Shown here: piece after piece, positions 13,911 to 28,630 of the stretch
How positions within the stretch are numbered: the first letter of the stretch is position 1
How the letters are laid out: each line of letters opens with the position of its first letter
Origin: the human T2T-CHM13v2.0 reference genome, Homo sapiens
Direction: 5' to 3' (one strand)
Assembly (NCBI RefSeq): GCF_009914755.1
Contig: NC_060938.1
DNA: 64,000 nucleotides
Position numbers and translations under genes: made by a program
Notes under the pieces: generated by a model
What the model was told of the DNA's origin: nothing
Seen by the model: only the letters and a program-made list of their open reading frames with translations
Databases searched by the model: none

Positions 13911-14879
13911 GGCATTTGTAATGTCAGTTGGATTGGAAATAGCAGAGCTCTGGCCAGCAATCATTAATTTCACTTGGGTTAGGGGAAGCGCATACCATTG
14001 GGTGTGGCAAGAGCTATTAACAATGGTGGGTAACAAGCTAAACGGATATGAGAGGTGTTGTAACCACTCCATCTAAATAGTTAAATCGAAAGAACAATTC
14101 TATAAAGTAGTCACTAGGAATCTCTTTTAAGATTTAGGAAACTGAGGCTTGTAGAGCTGAAGTGACTTGCAGGGTCACATGGCGAGGCAAGTGAGAAAAA
14201 GATTTTAAAATTTTGGCCCTAAAGTCTGGCCAGAGCCTCTTTTGGTGCAGAAGTTATGATTCCTCTTCTTTTATCTCATCATCCAGAGAATAACCAACCT
14301 GGAATATGTGTAAGTTTCTGTCTGAGCACTGGTATCATTGCAGTGGCCTCCTCCCTTTGCTCCTGGGAAGGGGCTGCCACTGGACAAAGCATGGGACATT
14401 GGCACAGTGGATAATAACACTGCATCAGGAGTGAGAATTCTGAGCACATAGGTCCCTCTACAGCTCAGAGTCCCTATACTCATTTCCCTACCATAGCTAT
14501 AGGGTCTCCCCAGAACTTGGAACTCCTAGGCTGTGCCACCCTCTTGTGATGAAGTGAGGAGAATGAATGTCATTGGCTTGTTTTCAAGAAGCACCTCACA
14601 TACATGCAGAAGGAAAAAGTTGGCCAAGGTAAGTCCAAGGGGAGTCTCTGCTTTTCACCCTAGTACAGTGAGTCTTGGGGAAAAACTGGTCTTGCTGCAG
14701 CAATGAGTTGGGCCCTTAGTGTGGTTTCACTGAGAAACAGGAGGTAGCAGGGCTCTGCTCATCTTGAACACCACTCTGTGTAGAGACAGTGTTGAGGCCA
14801 AAGTTGAGGTCGGGGGCCCTGTGTTGGCCAATGCTGCGTAAGGGGTCGTGGTCACCACAGCAGGTTGCAGGGCTTCTCA

Positions 14880-15570
14880 GGTTTGACTTGGAGTTCTAGT
14901 CCAGCTAACACCAGCTGCGTGATTTCGGATGTGCTGATTGCCTCTCATTATCCCCCTCCTAGAGGTGAGAGGCGGGGCTGAGAGGGCAGGTAGGTGACTT
15001 GCCAAGGTCATTTGGTCAGCAGGAGGCAGAGCTCAGTTCCAACCAAGGAACTGTCAGGATCATTCTGTGGATCTTGAAAAAAAAAAAAAAAAACTCTCTG
15101 TGCCTCAGTTTCCTCACCTGTAATGAGAAAATTAAGTTATCTTCCTACCTCAGAGAGTAGTGAGAACCACCTGAGTGGAGAACATGTTTTCCAAGGTCTC
15201 ACCGACTCTGAACATTCTGTCCCCTGTGCCTGGAGTATTTGTTCCTCAGCCTTGCTTTCCACTTTCCCACCTCTCCTGCACCTAATTCATTCCTATCTAT
15301 TCTTTATTTCAGATTTCTCTCTATTCTTGAACCCAGATTCAAACATCATTTTTGGAACAAAGCTATCTCTCATCTCCAACTGCCCACATTCAGAGCAAAT
15401 TCCTTTGTGATATTTGTTGCAGCTTGTGATTACAATGCACACCTGTGTGCCTGTTTGATTACCATTAACCCAGCAAGGCTTTATGCCCCGTGAAGGCAGT
15501 CACCGTGGCTAACATGTGCTCCCCATTACACTCTTGGGCCAAACAAATATAGAGAACTCTCAATAAATAG
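14880..15570 (+). mobile_element. Cluster of MIR pieces (with A17 at 15077-15093) followed by an L2 3' fragment
   Basis: CTCTCTGTGCCTCAGTTTCCTCACCTGTAATGAG (MIR core); TCTGTCCCCTGTGCCTGGAGT...CTCTCAATAAATA (L2). Confidence 0.65.
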
Positions 15571-16249
15571 GGTACATTACCAGTCGCACAGACAACCCTG
15601 ACTTTTGGAAAGGCTGCAGAAATGCAGCAGCAGCTGACTTGTTGAATGAATGCGTGTTTACTTCTCTCCGTGACTGCCAGTCTCCCTGACTAGGGTTTAC
15701 CAAATCCCTGGCAGTTTCACCTTATCCGCTTGATGGTGTTGTCCCACATGCCTATTAAAATAAAATATTGCACTCCTAACGAAATGATTGTATTCTGCAT
15801 AATGCACCAGTAATTAACCTTGCAAAGTTACTTTTCAAATCGCTCATGAGTGTTCATTGCTAGGTGTGTGCAGTTACCCCCCCTTCTGTTTATATCTGCA
15901 TAACTGTATGTGTTGGTTGTGCTATTTTAATTCTCCCTGTATATTTTGACTTTATTAATTGATTCCATCTGATTACATTAATCATGAGTAATTGAGATGT
16001 AAAATAGTTTTCAGCTGAAGTTTTTCAACAATCCTTACAGTAAAGAGAAGGGGACCAGTCTCCAATGGACAATTGGTGCTAGAAGTATTCATTGTTTACC
16101 ACCTGTTCAATGTAAGTGCGATTCATGGAATTCCAAATTTCTAATGCTTCATTGATTTATCAAAAGCACATTTTTTATTATAATGGACTGCAAATGTAAA
16201 GCGAATCTTTAGGACTAGATGTTTGATCTCTAATTTTAAAAAATGTGAA

Positions 16250-16760
16250 TGAGTAAATGTTTAAATACACAATAACACTTGGAAAGGCTGGTTGTGAAAT
16301 AAAAGGCAAATAATGCATAAGCATAAAAGCAGAAAGCTTCTCTGTGCTATAGGAATCTTCCCTCTGGAGGTAACCAGTGACCAATCTTGTGTCTTCAGGC
16401 TTTTTGTTATATGTTTTTGTCTGCACAAGTATTTTATTTTTTTACACAATAGGAATTCAACTATCTATTTTGTATCACAATTAACTTTAACCAATAGAGT
16501 TTGGAAAGCTTTTCATGAGAGATCTATGTTTTCTAAGCTGTCTGGTATTCTATATTATATGTATACTGTAATACATTTAATGAAGTTTATTTAGCTTGAT
16601 AGCAATTGTTGACCTGTTCACTGTTACACCTATACCCGCAAATTTGCCACAAAACAACGTTGTACATATATCATAATATATAGGATAGATTCCTAAAAGT
16701 AGAATTCCTAGGTACTTTGTCCTGCCTGTATAATGCACATTTTTATTTATTTTGCCACAC
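16250..16760 (-). mobile_element. Old L1ME 3' fragment
   Basis: TAGGATAGATTCCTAAAAGTAGAATT is an antisense L1M 3' motif. Confidence 0.55.
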
Positions 16761-16854
16761 AAACAAATAGGAAGTTTGCTACAATTATTCAGTTTACTTG
16801 GGCCAGTAGTCCCTGAACACTCCACAGCAATGCTGTGTACAATTCTCGCATGAT

Positions 16855-17247
<393 letters not shown>

Positions 17248-17664
17248 CTAGTTACCTCTGCTGGCCATGTACATCTTCTTCAAGGAAAAAAGTTGACAAT
17301 TTCCATTTCACTTTATTCTGGGTTAAATTGGTAGGAATGCTAATTCCTATTCATTTAGAGGGATTGTCCTTCTTTAACAAATTTGTGAAAGTGAACAGAA
17401 GTCAATGTTTCTGCCACATTTTCATGGAAGAATTGCCCTCTAGGCTGTGTAGTGCAGTAGTTATGATCAGGAATTTAGGAGTCCAATGGGCTGGGCCTCC
17501 CTTCCTTAGGAGATCCTGGATGAGCCACTCAGTCTTTGCGCCTCGGCTTTGCCATCTGTAAGGCTGTTGTTTTCTAAGGAGTACATTGGTCACATATGTT
17601 GAGCATGCAGGACAGCAAACATTGTGATTGTTGATATGTTTGTAGCTGAGAAGTAAAAGATAGA

Positions 17665-17895
17665 GCTTGAAAGCTAAGTTATGGATTTAGACAGACCTGG
17701 GGTCAAAATTCCACCTGGAAGCTTTTAAGGTAGATGATCTTAGGCACCTTAGTAATCTTCAGCTTCCTGGTCCGTAAGTAGAAAATATAGCAGTACCTAT
17801 CTTGCAAGGTAGTCATGAAGGCTGAAAAACAGGTGCTATGTAGAGTGCCTGGCAGGTAAGCAGTCAGTGAATGGTAGCTGTTTTTATTCCTGTTA
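17665..17895 (+). mobile_element. MIR SINE
   Basis: AGACAGACCTGGGGTCAAAATTCC...AGAGTGCCTGGCAGGTAAGCAGTCAGTGAATGGTAGCT. Confidence 0.8.
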
Positions 17896-18651
17896 CTGAA
17901 ATATTTAGACAAAAAAGTACTGTTATTCACTTAAGATGGGAAATCTTTCTTGAGGCTCAATGCTCAAATACATGAACACTCCACACATGAAAATACATCT
18001 TGTTCTCCACCCTACAAAGGGCCAACTAGGTTGGGTGCTGAAAGCTCATTATTTTCCAGGAGATTTTTATACAAAAATCGATAGGATGTGTTTTCTCTGG
18101 AAAAAGAAAGAACTTCCCATTCCTTCTAATCGATGGCAAAATTCCTTGAGAGAATAACAAAGCAGAAGATGGCACTGCGGAAGGTGACCCTCTCACCTCT
18201 GGGGCTGGTGACTTAGATTGGCTTTGCCACCTCCACTACAAAGACCACAGCTTTGCTGAATTAAAAATAAAGACGTAAGCCGGTAAACACAAAGTGAATG
18301 GAGCAGATTGTTTAACGTGACTTTCCCTTATCTGCACAACACATGCATAAGATAATGCTGTTGACATTTTTGTCAAGGAAATGAGATGCGGACCCTTAGC
18401 ATCACTTTAGATGGAAGTCAGGGGGAGGAGGCATGGCAGTTGGTGTGCCAGAACCCAAGCATTCGATGACAAGACAGACACAGGGATGTCTCACATGCTC
18501 TCCACACCAAGTGGGTAATTGCACTCATGGCTCTCTTGTTTAACTACTTGGGAGACAGAATGATCCATCCAGCCCTGGAAAAAATAAAACGGAGTCACAT
18601 ATAAGCCACCGAATGTTAGCAGTGCAAAGGAGTTTGAAGATTATCTCTTTT

Positions 18652-18684
18652 TGTGTGTGTGTGTGTGTGTGTGTTTGTGTGTGT
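18652..18684. repeat. (TG)n microsatellite
   Basis: Directly visible, with one interruption. Confidence 0.95.
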
Positions 18685-21109
18685 CTTTCCTATTATAGGT
18701 GGTAAAACTAAGAAAAGGGACTAACTCATGATCAAAGAAAGAGGTAGCGTCGGGGCAAAAGGCTAAGTCAAGTGTCCTCCAGTAAAGAAAGATGCTCCTA
18801 TTGAAATATCAGGGTATATTTTGCCTAGGAACTCTCTCTTCTTCTGTAAGCTGAGAATATATTTTACTTCTACTTATAAGTCCTCCCTACAGTTATTGTT
18901 GCATTTTTAGTCCCGAGTTGCTTGGTTTGAGCTGCAAGTGTGCTTCATTTAGGCAAATTCAAAGAGAGTCCTTCACACTGTTAATTTGCTGAAGCATCAA
19001 ACTAACGGTACGGAGAGAAGAAGATTAAGTTCTAGTAGTTGCCAATCTTGGGCCACAGCATATTGAGTCTGGGGAGGAAAATTAAAATAAAAATAAATTC
19101 ACACCTAGACACTCATGGTGGAACTGGAAAATGGTAAGGACTGAGACAATTTCAAAAGCAATCAGTGAGAAAAGTCAGATTACTTGCAAAGGATTAACAA
19201 TTAGGCTGACAACAGACTTCTTGTCTTCAATCCCAATGTCTGAAAGACAGCAGAATAATATCCTCAAAGCACTGAGTAAATATAAGTCTCATCCTAGTTC
19301 TATACCCAGTTAAATGCTGATTCAAGACTGAAGTAAGGCGTTTCAGGCAAAAAGGACATCTAAGACAGGTTATCACTCAGGGACTTCTGCTGAAAGAACT
19401 GTCAGAGGACATTCAAGTGGAAGGACACTCAAACACAAGAAGGGGAGAAATGCAAAAATACAATGCTAGGCAAATAAACTGTCTGACCATACAGAGAGAT
19501 TTATAACAAACAGTAATTATCATAAGTATGCCTTTGAATAGGTTTAAAAACAAGAGAATACTGAAATATTAGACAGTAATACCGTGAAAGAGAGAAGAGG
19601 GAATTAAATTCTCTGTAGTCCTTGTAATATTCAAGGGAACAATCATGTTGACTAGACTTTGCTAAGTCAAATGTGTATATTCTCCTTTTATTTTCAGTTG
19701 ACACATAATCACTTTACATATTTACTGGATACAGAGTAATATTTTGATGCATGTATACACTGTGTAATACTCAAATCAGGGTAATTAGCATATTCACTGC
19801 TTCAAACATTTATCATTTCTTTGTGTTGGGAACATTCAAAATCTTCTCTTCTAGCTTTTTAAATTATTATGAACTATATTTATCCTATAGCGCTATAGAA
19901 CACTAGAAATTGTTCCTCAAATCTAGCTACAATTTTGTGTCCATTAACCAGCGTCCCCCTATCCTTTCCTCCCCACTACTCTTCCCATTCTCTGGTAATG
20001 AAAATTACACTTGCTACTTCTATGAGCACAACATATTTAGCTTTCACATGAGTGAGAACATGCTGTATTTACCTTTCTGTGCTTGACTTATTTCACTTAA
20101 CACAATGTCCTCCAGGCTCATCCACCTTGTAGCAAATGACAGGATGTCATTCTATTTTTATGGCTGAGTAGTATTCAGCTATGTATATATACCATATTTT
20201 CTTTATCCATTTTTATGTTGATGGTCATTTAGGATGATACCATGTCATGATTATTAATAGTGCTGTGATAAACATGGGAGGGCTTGTGTCTCTTTGACAT
20301 ACTGATTTCATTTTCTTTAGATAAACACTTAGTAGTGGGATTGCTGGATCATATGGTAGTTTTATTGTTCGATTTTTGAGAAACCTCTATTCTGTTTTCA
20401 ATAATGGCTATACTGATTTACATTCCCATCAACAGTTTATGAGTTACCTTTTCTCTGCATCTTTGCTGGCATTTGTTAATTTTTGTCTTTTTGATAATAG
20501 CCATTCTAACTGGAGTGAGATGATATCTCATTATGGTTTTGATTTGCCTTTCCCTAATTAGTGATTGATGTTGAAGATTTATTTTATGTACACGTTGTAT
20601 GCCTTTCTTTTTGAGAAATGACCCATTTTAAAGATGTATTATTATTATTATTATTTTGCTGTTGAGTTGTTTTAGTTCTTTGTGTATTCTGGATATTAGC
20701 TTCTTGTCAGGTGAATAGTTTGCAGAATTTTCTCTCATTCTACAGGTTGTCTCTTCACTCTGTTAATTTTTTTTTTTTTTGGTTGTGTAGGAACATTTTA
20801 GTTCAATGTGGTCCCATTTATCAGCTTTTGTTTTTGTTGCCTGTGCTTTTGAAGTCCTAACTATAAAACCTTTGTCTAGATCAATGTTGTGAAGCATTTC
20901 GTCTATGTTTTCTTCTAGCAGTCTTATGGTTTGGGTCTTACATTTAAATCTTTAATCCATTTTGAGTTACTTTCTGTATATGATGAGAGATAGGGGTCAA
21001 GTTTTATTCTTCTGAATGTGGATATTTGGTTTCTTGAGCTATTTATTGCAAATTGTGTCCTTCCCTTTCCCCAGTGTATGCTCTTGGAGTCTTTGTCAAA
21101 AATTAGTTG

Positions 21110-21420
21110 GGACCAGGCACAGTCACTCATGTCTGTAATCCTGTCACTTTGGGAGTCCAAGAAAGGAGGAGCACTTAAGCTTCAGAGTTCAAGACAGGCT
21201 TGAGAAAGATGGTGAGAGCTTGTCTCTCCAAAAAAGCAAAAAGCAAAAAAGAAAAAAAAAAACTAGTCTTGTGTGTTTATATGTGCCCAAGGGCCTAGCC
21301 ACTCAGGAATCTGATGTGGGAGAATTGCTTGAGCCAAGAAGACTGAGGCTGCAGTGAGCCATGTTCCCACCACCTCACTCTAGCCTGGGTGACAGAGTGA
21401 GACTGTGTCTCAAAAAACAA
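21110..21420 (+). mobile_element. AluJ (highly diverged) inside L1MA
   Basis: Dimeric Alu with expanded middle A-tract; TSD AAAATTAGTTG/AAAATCAATTG. Confidence 0.92.
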
Positions 21421-24410
21421 AATCAATTGGCTATGAATATGTAGATTTATTTATGGTTTCTCTATTATGTCCCATTGGTTCATGTGCCTGTTATCATATC
21501 AATACCATACACTTTTTGTTATTATAGTTTTGTACTATATTTTGAAGTCAGTAGTATGCTGCCTCTAGCTTTGTTATTTTTGTCCAGTATTGCTTTGGCT
21601 ATTTGGAGTCTTTCATGATTCCACATGAATTTTAGAATTTTTTTTATATTTCTTTGAAGAAGGCCATGAGTATTTTATAGAAATTGCTTTGAAGCTGTAG
21701 ATTGCTTTGGGCAGTATGGTCATTTTACCAACATTAATTCTTCCAATCCATGAACATTTTTTTGTCCTCTTCAATTTCTTTCATTGATGATTAATAATTT
21801 TCCTTGTAGAGATATTTCGTCTCCTTGGTTCAATTTGTTTTAAAATATTTTATTATTTTTTGTTGCTATGGAAAGTGAAATTTCTATCTTTATTTCTTTT
21901 TCAGCATGTTTGTTGATGGTGTATAAAGACATCACTGATTTTTTTATGTTGATTTTGTATTCTGCCACTTTACTGAATTTGTTTATCAGTTCTAAGAGTT
22001 TTCTTGTGAAGTCTTTAGATTTTCTATACATAAGATTTCTTTCATATAAAAAGAAGGACAGTTTGACACCTTCTTTTCCAATTTGGATTTTTTTTTAATG
22101 TTCTATTGCCAATTACTTTAGCTAGGACTTCCAGTACTATGTTGAACAAGAACAGTAAAAATGGACATCCCTTTTTGTTTTAGTTTTTGGAGGAAAAGAT
22201 TTTAGCTTCTCTCCATTTAGTATGATATTAGCTGTGAGTTTTTCATATCTCACTTTTATTGTGTTGGGGTATATTCCTTCTATGTCTAAGGTATTGAGAG
22301 ATTTACTATGAAAGGATGTTGAATTTTATCAAATGCTTTTTCTGTATCTGTTGAGATGATCATATGTTTTTTTTCTTCATCCTGTTGATGTGATGTGTCA
22401 TGTTTATTGATTTGAGTATGTCGAACCCTCTTTGCAACTCTTAGATACATTTCATTTGATCATGGTGTGTTGTATTTTTGATACGCTGTTAAATTTAGTT
22501 TGCTAGTATTTTGTTGAGGATTTTTGCATCTGTAGGCATAAAGGGTATTTGCCTAGAATTTGTAGTATCCTTGTCTGGTTTTAGGATTAGGGTAAAGGTG
22601 GCTTCTTAGAATGAATAAGGAAGAATGACCTTCTCTTTAACTTTTTTGAATAGTTTACAGATAACTGATGTTAATTCTTTAAAAGTTTAGTAGAATTCAG
22701 CAGTAAAGCCATCTGCTCCTGGGCTTTTCTTCATTGGGATACTTTTTATTACTGATTTAATCTTGTTATTCATTATTAGACTTTTTAGGTTTTCTATTTA
22801 TTCTTGGTTCAATCTTAGTATGTTATGTGTGTCCAGAAATTTATTCGTTTTCTCTAGAATTTCCGATTAGTTGGCATATGGTTGTTTATAATTGTCTCTA
22901 ATGATTATTTATATTTATGTGTTATCAGTTAAACGTCTCCTTTTTCTTTCTGATTTTATTCATTTGGGTCTTCTCTATTTTTTTCTTAGTCAAGCTAGGC
23001 ATTTCTTTTATTTTTTCAGAAAACAACCTTTTGTTTTGTTGATTTTTTGTATTTTTTTTCTCCATTTCATTTAGTTCTATTATCATCTTTACTATTGCTA
23101 TTCCTCTACTGATTTTGGGCTTGGTTTGTTCTTGATTTTCTACTTCTTTGAAACACATTGTTAGGTTGTTTATTTGGCATCTTTCTACTTTTTAGATGTA
23201 GGCAATTTTTTGCTGTAAACTTCTTTAGTACTACTTTTGTTGTAGCCCATAGATTTTGATATGTTGTGTGTCTATTTTCATTTGTTTCAAGATAAATTTT
23301 AATTCCCTTCTTAATTTTTCAAAGAGCCATTGGCCATTCAAGAGCACATCATTTGATTTACAGGTATTTGTACAGTTTTCAAAGTTTCTCTTGATATTGA
23401 TTTCTAATTTTGTTCCATTGTGGTATGAAAATATACTTAATAAGATTTCAATTTCTTGAAAATTTGTTGAGACTTGTTTTGTGGCCCAACATATGGCTTA
23501 TCCCTGAGAGTGTTCCATATGCTCATGAGAAAAATGTGTATTTTGTATCTGTTGGATAAAATTTTCTGTAAATATCTGATAGGTCCATTGAGTCCACACT
23601 GCAGTTTAAATCTGACATCTATTTATTGATTTTCTCTTTAGATGATATTTTCAATGCTGAAAGTAGGTTTTTGAAGTCCAAAACTATTATTATGTTGAGA
23701 TATATCTCTTTAGCTCTAATAATATTTGGTTTATATACCTGAGTACTCTGGTGTTGGGTGCATATCTATTTATAATTATTATATTCTCTTGCTGAATGGA
23801 CCCCTTTATCATTTCATAATGACCTTGTCTCTTTTTATGTTTTTCTCATTTAAAGTCTATTTTGTTTGATGTAAGTTTAGCTACTTCTGCATGCTTTTGG
23901 TTTTTGTTTGGCTGGACTATCTTTTTTGATCCCCTCACTTTCAGTCTATAGTGTCTTTACAGATGAAGGTGAAATGAGTTTCTTGTAGGCAGCATACTGT
24001 TGATTCTTCTTGTTTGTTGTTGTTGTTGTTTTTAATCCATTCCCCCAGGCTGTATCTTTTAATAAGATAAGTTAAACCTTTTACATTGAAGGCTGTTATT
24101 GATAGATGAGCACATACTTCTGTGATTTTATGTGTATTGTTTTCTGATTGTGTTGTATACATTTTGCTCCATTCTTGCTCTCTTATTGTTTGCCTTTGAG
24201 GTCTTGGTGGCCTTCTGTAGTGATTATGTTTTATTCCTTTCTCATTTGTGTTTTTGCTCTACCAGTGAGTTGTATACTTTTGTGTGTTTTCATGATGGCA
24301 GATACTGTTCTTTCATTTCTAGATGGAAGACTTCTTTAAGCATTTCTTGTAGGGTAGGTCTAGAGGTCATAAATTGCCTTAGTTTTTAATTGTCTGGGAA
24401 ATACTTTGCT

Positions 24411-24670
24411 TCTTCTTCTTTTTTTTTTTGACGGAGTCTCTCTCTGTCACCCAGGCGGGAGTGTAGTGGTGCCATGTTGGCTCACTGCAAGCTCCACCTC
24501 CTAGGTTCATGCCATTCTCCTGCCTCAGCCTCCTGAGTAGCTGGGACTACAGGCTCCCACCACAATGCCTGGCTAATTTTTTGTATTTTTTAGTAGAGAC
24601 AGGGTTTCACTGTGTTAGCCAGGATGGTCTCGATCTCCTGACCTCGTGATCCACCCACCTCAGCCTCCCA
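24411..24670 (-). mobile_element. AluY-type element, 5'-truncated by about 40 bp, inside L1MA
   Basis: Diagnostic GCAAGCTCC...GTTCATGCCATTC and GTGTTAGCCAGGATGGTCTCGATCTCCTGACCTCGTG; ends abruptly at GCCTCCCA. Confidence 0.92.
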
Positions 24671-26340
24671 GTCTTCTTTACTTTTTAAGGATAGTTTTGC
24701 TGGGTATAATATTCTTGGCTGATAGTTTTTTTTCTTCTCTCTCTGTTTTTTTTCTTTCTTTCAGTACTTTGAATATATTATCCCATTCTTTCCTGGCCTG
24801 TATGGTTTCTGGGGGGAAATCGGCTTTTAGTCTAATGAGGATTCTCTTACATGTGACTTGACACTCTTGCTGGTTTTAGAATTCTCTCTTTGTCTTTGAC
24901 TTTTGACAGTTTAATTAAAATGTGCCTTAGAGAGGACCATTTTGAGTCAAATCTATTTGAGAATATTTAAGTTTCTTGTATTTGAATGTCTATATCTCTC
25001 CTACAATTTGGGAGGTTTTCAGCTATTATTTTATTAAATTTCTTTTCTGTGACTCTCCCCCTCTTTTCTCCTTCTGGAACTCCCAAAATGTAAATATTTT
25101 TCACTTACTGGTGTCACATATATCACATGGGCTTCTTAAAAAATCTTTTACTTTTTTTTTTGTCTGACTGAATTATTTCAAAAGACCTGTCTTCTAGTGC
25201 GGATATTTTTTCCTCTGCTTGATCTAATCAAGTTTAAGTATTTTATTGCATTTTTTATTCATTGAATTATTTAGTTCTAAGATTTCTATTTTTAATTTTA
25301 TCTATCTCTGCTTAATTTCTCATTCAGATCATGAATTGTTCTTTTTTTTATTTCTTCACATTTTCTATCTCTGTTTTCTTGTGTGTTGCTGAGTTTCCTT
25401 AAAAATCATTACTTTTATTTTGTTCAGGCATTTTATATATTTTTTTCTTCAGGAGCTGTTACAGGAGAACTATTGTTTTCTTTTGGAGTTATCATGTTTC
25501 CTTTTTTTTTTTTTCATGTTTCTTGTGTCCCCACATTGATATCTTCATATCTGGTATAACAGTCACTTCTTCCAATTTTATAGAGTAATTTTCATAGGGA
25601 AAGACTTTTTCCTGTAGATGTATTGATAGTGTTGGTTGGGCAGCATGCTTTAACTTTGGTTCTCGGTGGGCACAGTAGCGTAGTCTCTATATGCTTTCTT
25701 TGGATGTAAGAAAAGCAGCACTGTCTGCAAATTCCTCAGTGGCTTAGACTGTGGTTGTTTGTAAAGGTTGTGAGGTGGTTTTACTGGGGGCAGGGCAGGT
25801 CCTCAGGTCCCTAAGGAGCACACATGGCCATGTAGTGACCCCACCACTGGAGGAGACAAATTCTGGCAGTAGCAGCAGTGGGTTCAGGGTAGGCCAATTC
25901 TCAAGCCCCTAAATGGTATACACTGGTGCCAGTGGTGATGGTGGTGGGTTCTGAGTGGGCTAGTTCATGAGCCCCTATTTTGTGGGCCCCTGGGTGGTAT
26001 ATACAAGTTCCAGCAATGTCAAATATGTTGTTTACATATAATATAAAGGAAAACACAGATACAAGAGGAGATAAAATAAAATAATAAAGACAATTCAATT
26101 AACTCAAAAGAAGGGAGATTCTAAGGTAAAAATATCAAAGGAAACATGAAAAATAGAAAAATAAAATTATTGAATAAATTTAAATTTATTATTAGTCACA
26201 ATTAATGTAAATAAGTGAAACTTGCTAGTTATAAGAAAGGTATTTACATTGAAGCAAAAACAAAATAGTTTCCAACTATATTCTATTTGCAAGAGGTATA
26301 CATAAAACAATGAAACATAAACGTTGAGACTAAAGAGTTC

Positions 26341-26645
26341 TGTTTATTTTATTTTATTTTTTTATTGAGACAGGTTCTTGCTCTGTCACCCAGGCTGGAG
26401 TGATTGTGGCTCACTGCAACCTTGACTTCCTGGACTCTTGGGAGGACTCCCACCTTAGCCTCCAAGTAGCCGGGACTATAGGAGTGTACCACCACGCTTA
26501 GCTAATTTTTTTTTTGTATTGCTTTTGTAAAGACAGGATTTTGCCATGTTGCACAGGCTGTTCTTGAACTCCCAGGCTCAAGCAATTCATCCCACTTGGC
26601 CTCCTAAAGGGTTGGGATTACAGGTGTGAGCCACTGTGACTGGCC
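26341..26645 (-). mobile_element. AluJ
   Basis: Antisense Alu with GAACTCCCAGGCTCAAGCAAT; flanked by TAAAGA-GTT/TAAAGATGTT. Confidence 0.92.
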
Positions 26646-26689
26646 TAAAGATGTTTTATAAAAGGACAGAAAAAGTAAACAGTTTAAGT

Positions 26690-28630
26690 AGAAAATCCCA
26701 AGAAATTTACAAAATAATCCTGGAAATAATAATTGAGTTCAACAAAATCATAGGATATAAGACAAAAAAAATTAATTACATTTCTGTATGGTAGCAATGA
26801 ATATATGGGCACTAATATTTAAACATACAATACCACTTATAAAGATTTCAAAAATAAAAATACTTAAGTATAAAACAGATAAACATGTGCACAATGTGTA
26901 TAAAAAATAAATAAAAAGAATTCTTAAAAAATTGAAAAACATATCATGTTTATGTATCGGAAGCGTTAACATAGTAGAGATGTCAGCAATCCACAGATTG
27001 GTAGACAGGTTTAATGTGATTTTTATAAAAATCCCAGCAAGTTTTTTTTGTACATATAGACTAGATTATTATAAAATTTATATAAAAAAGCAGAAGGAAT
27101 AGAAAAACTAAAACAATGTTTAAAAGGAAGAATAAAGTGGGAAGACCCTGTTTACACAGTTTTAAGACGTTTTTATATAGCTACAGTAATCAAAACTGTG
27201 GTGTTGGAATAGAAATAGACACGTAGATCAATGGAAAAGAATTGAGAACCCAGAAACAGATATACCAAATCAAATATACCAAATGATTTTTGACAAAAAT
27301 GCAAAAACACTTCAGTGGAGGAGGATAACCTTTTCAACAAATGGTGCTGGAGCAACTGGACATCCAGGGGAAAAAGAAAAAAAAACTTAAATGATCTACA
27401 TCTCACATGTTACACAAAAAATAAATCTAAAAGAGATGAGGGACTTAAATGTAAAACCATAAATGTTTTAGAGAAAAACATAAGAGAACATTTTTAGTAT
27501 CTAGAAATAGGCAAAGACTTGACATCAACACAATCCATCAAAGGAAAAATGGATAAGTTAGATTTCATCAAAATTAAAAGCTTTTGCGTTGTTAAAACCA
27601 CTGTCAGGAAGATGAAAATACAAGCTTCAGAATAAAAGAAAATATTTACAAGCCACATATCTGGTAAAGAACAATTATCCTGACTATATAAAGAATTCTC
27701 AAAACTCAATAATAAACAAACAAAAAGCTCAAACAATCCAATTGGAAAATGGTCAAAAAATAACAAAACATTTTACTAAAGAGGATAGGTTATAGCAAAT
27801 AGGCACATGAAAAGATAGATGTTCAATGTCTTAGCCACGAGTGAAATGCAAATTAAAACCACAAGACAGGACTACATATCTATCAGGATGGCTAAAATAA
27901 AAGATAGTGACAATATCAAATGCTGATGAGAATACAGAGAAATCAGATCACTCATACATTGTTGGTGGGAATGGAAGATGGTATAGCAACCGTGGAAAAC
28001 AGTTTGTCAGTTTCTCAAAAATTAAATATGTAATTACCAGATGATCCAGCAATTGCAATGTTTAGTGAGCAATTTATATCAGAGACATGAGCAATTTATA
28101 CCACAGAAATGGAGACTTAAGTTTACACAAAAATCTGTACACAAATATAGCAGTTTTATTTATAGTAGCAAAAAAATTGAAATAGCCTAGATATCATTTT
28201 ATGAGTAAATTGTTAAACTTCAATGCATCCATACTATGGAATACTACTCAGCAATAAAAGGGAACTAATTTGATTTATACAATGATCAGGATGGATTTCA
28301 AAAGAATTATGTTGAGAGAGAAGAGTCAATCTCAAAATGTTGGACAGCGTGATTCCATTTATATACCATTCTTGAAATAAGAAAATTGTAGAAAGGGAGA
28401 AGAGAGCAGTGGTTACCATGGGTTTAGGACGGGTGAGGGCAGAGGGAGGTGGACATGGCTATTAAAGGGTAACCAGTGGGAACCTCATGTTAATGGAAGT
28501 GTTCAGTGTCTTGACCACACCTCTGTCAATATCCTGGCTGTGATAGCACACTAGAGTTATGACGGTACTCTTTACAATTTCTCACAACTTCCTGTGAATC
28601 TAGAATTATCTTAAAATAAAAAGTTAATTA
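26690..28630 (+). mobile_element. 5'-truncated L1MC-like element (ORF2 3' part and 3' UTR)
   Basis: ORF2 peptide DNLFNKWCWSNW; 3' end TGTGAATCTAGAATTATCTTAAAATAAAAAGTTAATT. Confidence 0.9.

Larger units (their letters stand above)
19681..26017 (-). mobile_element. Near full-length L1MA (L1MA4/5-like 3' end, L1M2-type 5' repeats)
   Basis: 3' UTR AATCAGGGTAATTAGCATAT...CAAACATTTATCATTTCTTTGTGTTGGGAACATTCAA; minus-strand ORF2 peptides LLELINKFSKVAEYKIN and VCCLQETH; GC-richer 5' end; putative TSD GTCAAATGTGT/GTCAAATATGT. Confidence 0.92.

Noticed and set aside
19681-26017. Possible active L1
   Set aside because: ORF1 and ORF2 are broken by many stops, frameshifts and two Alu insertions.
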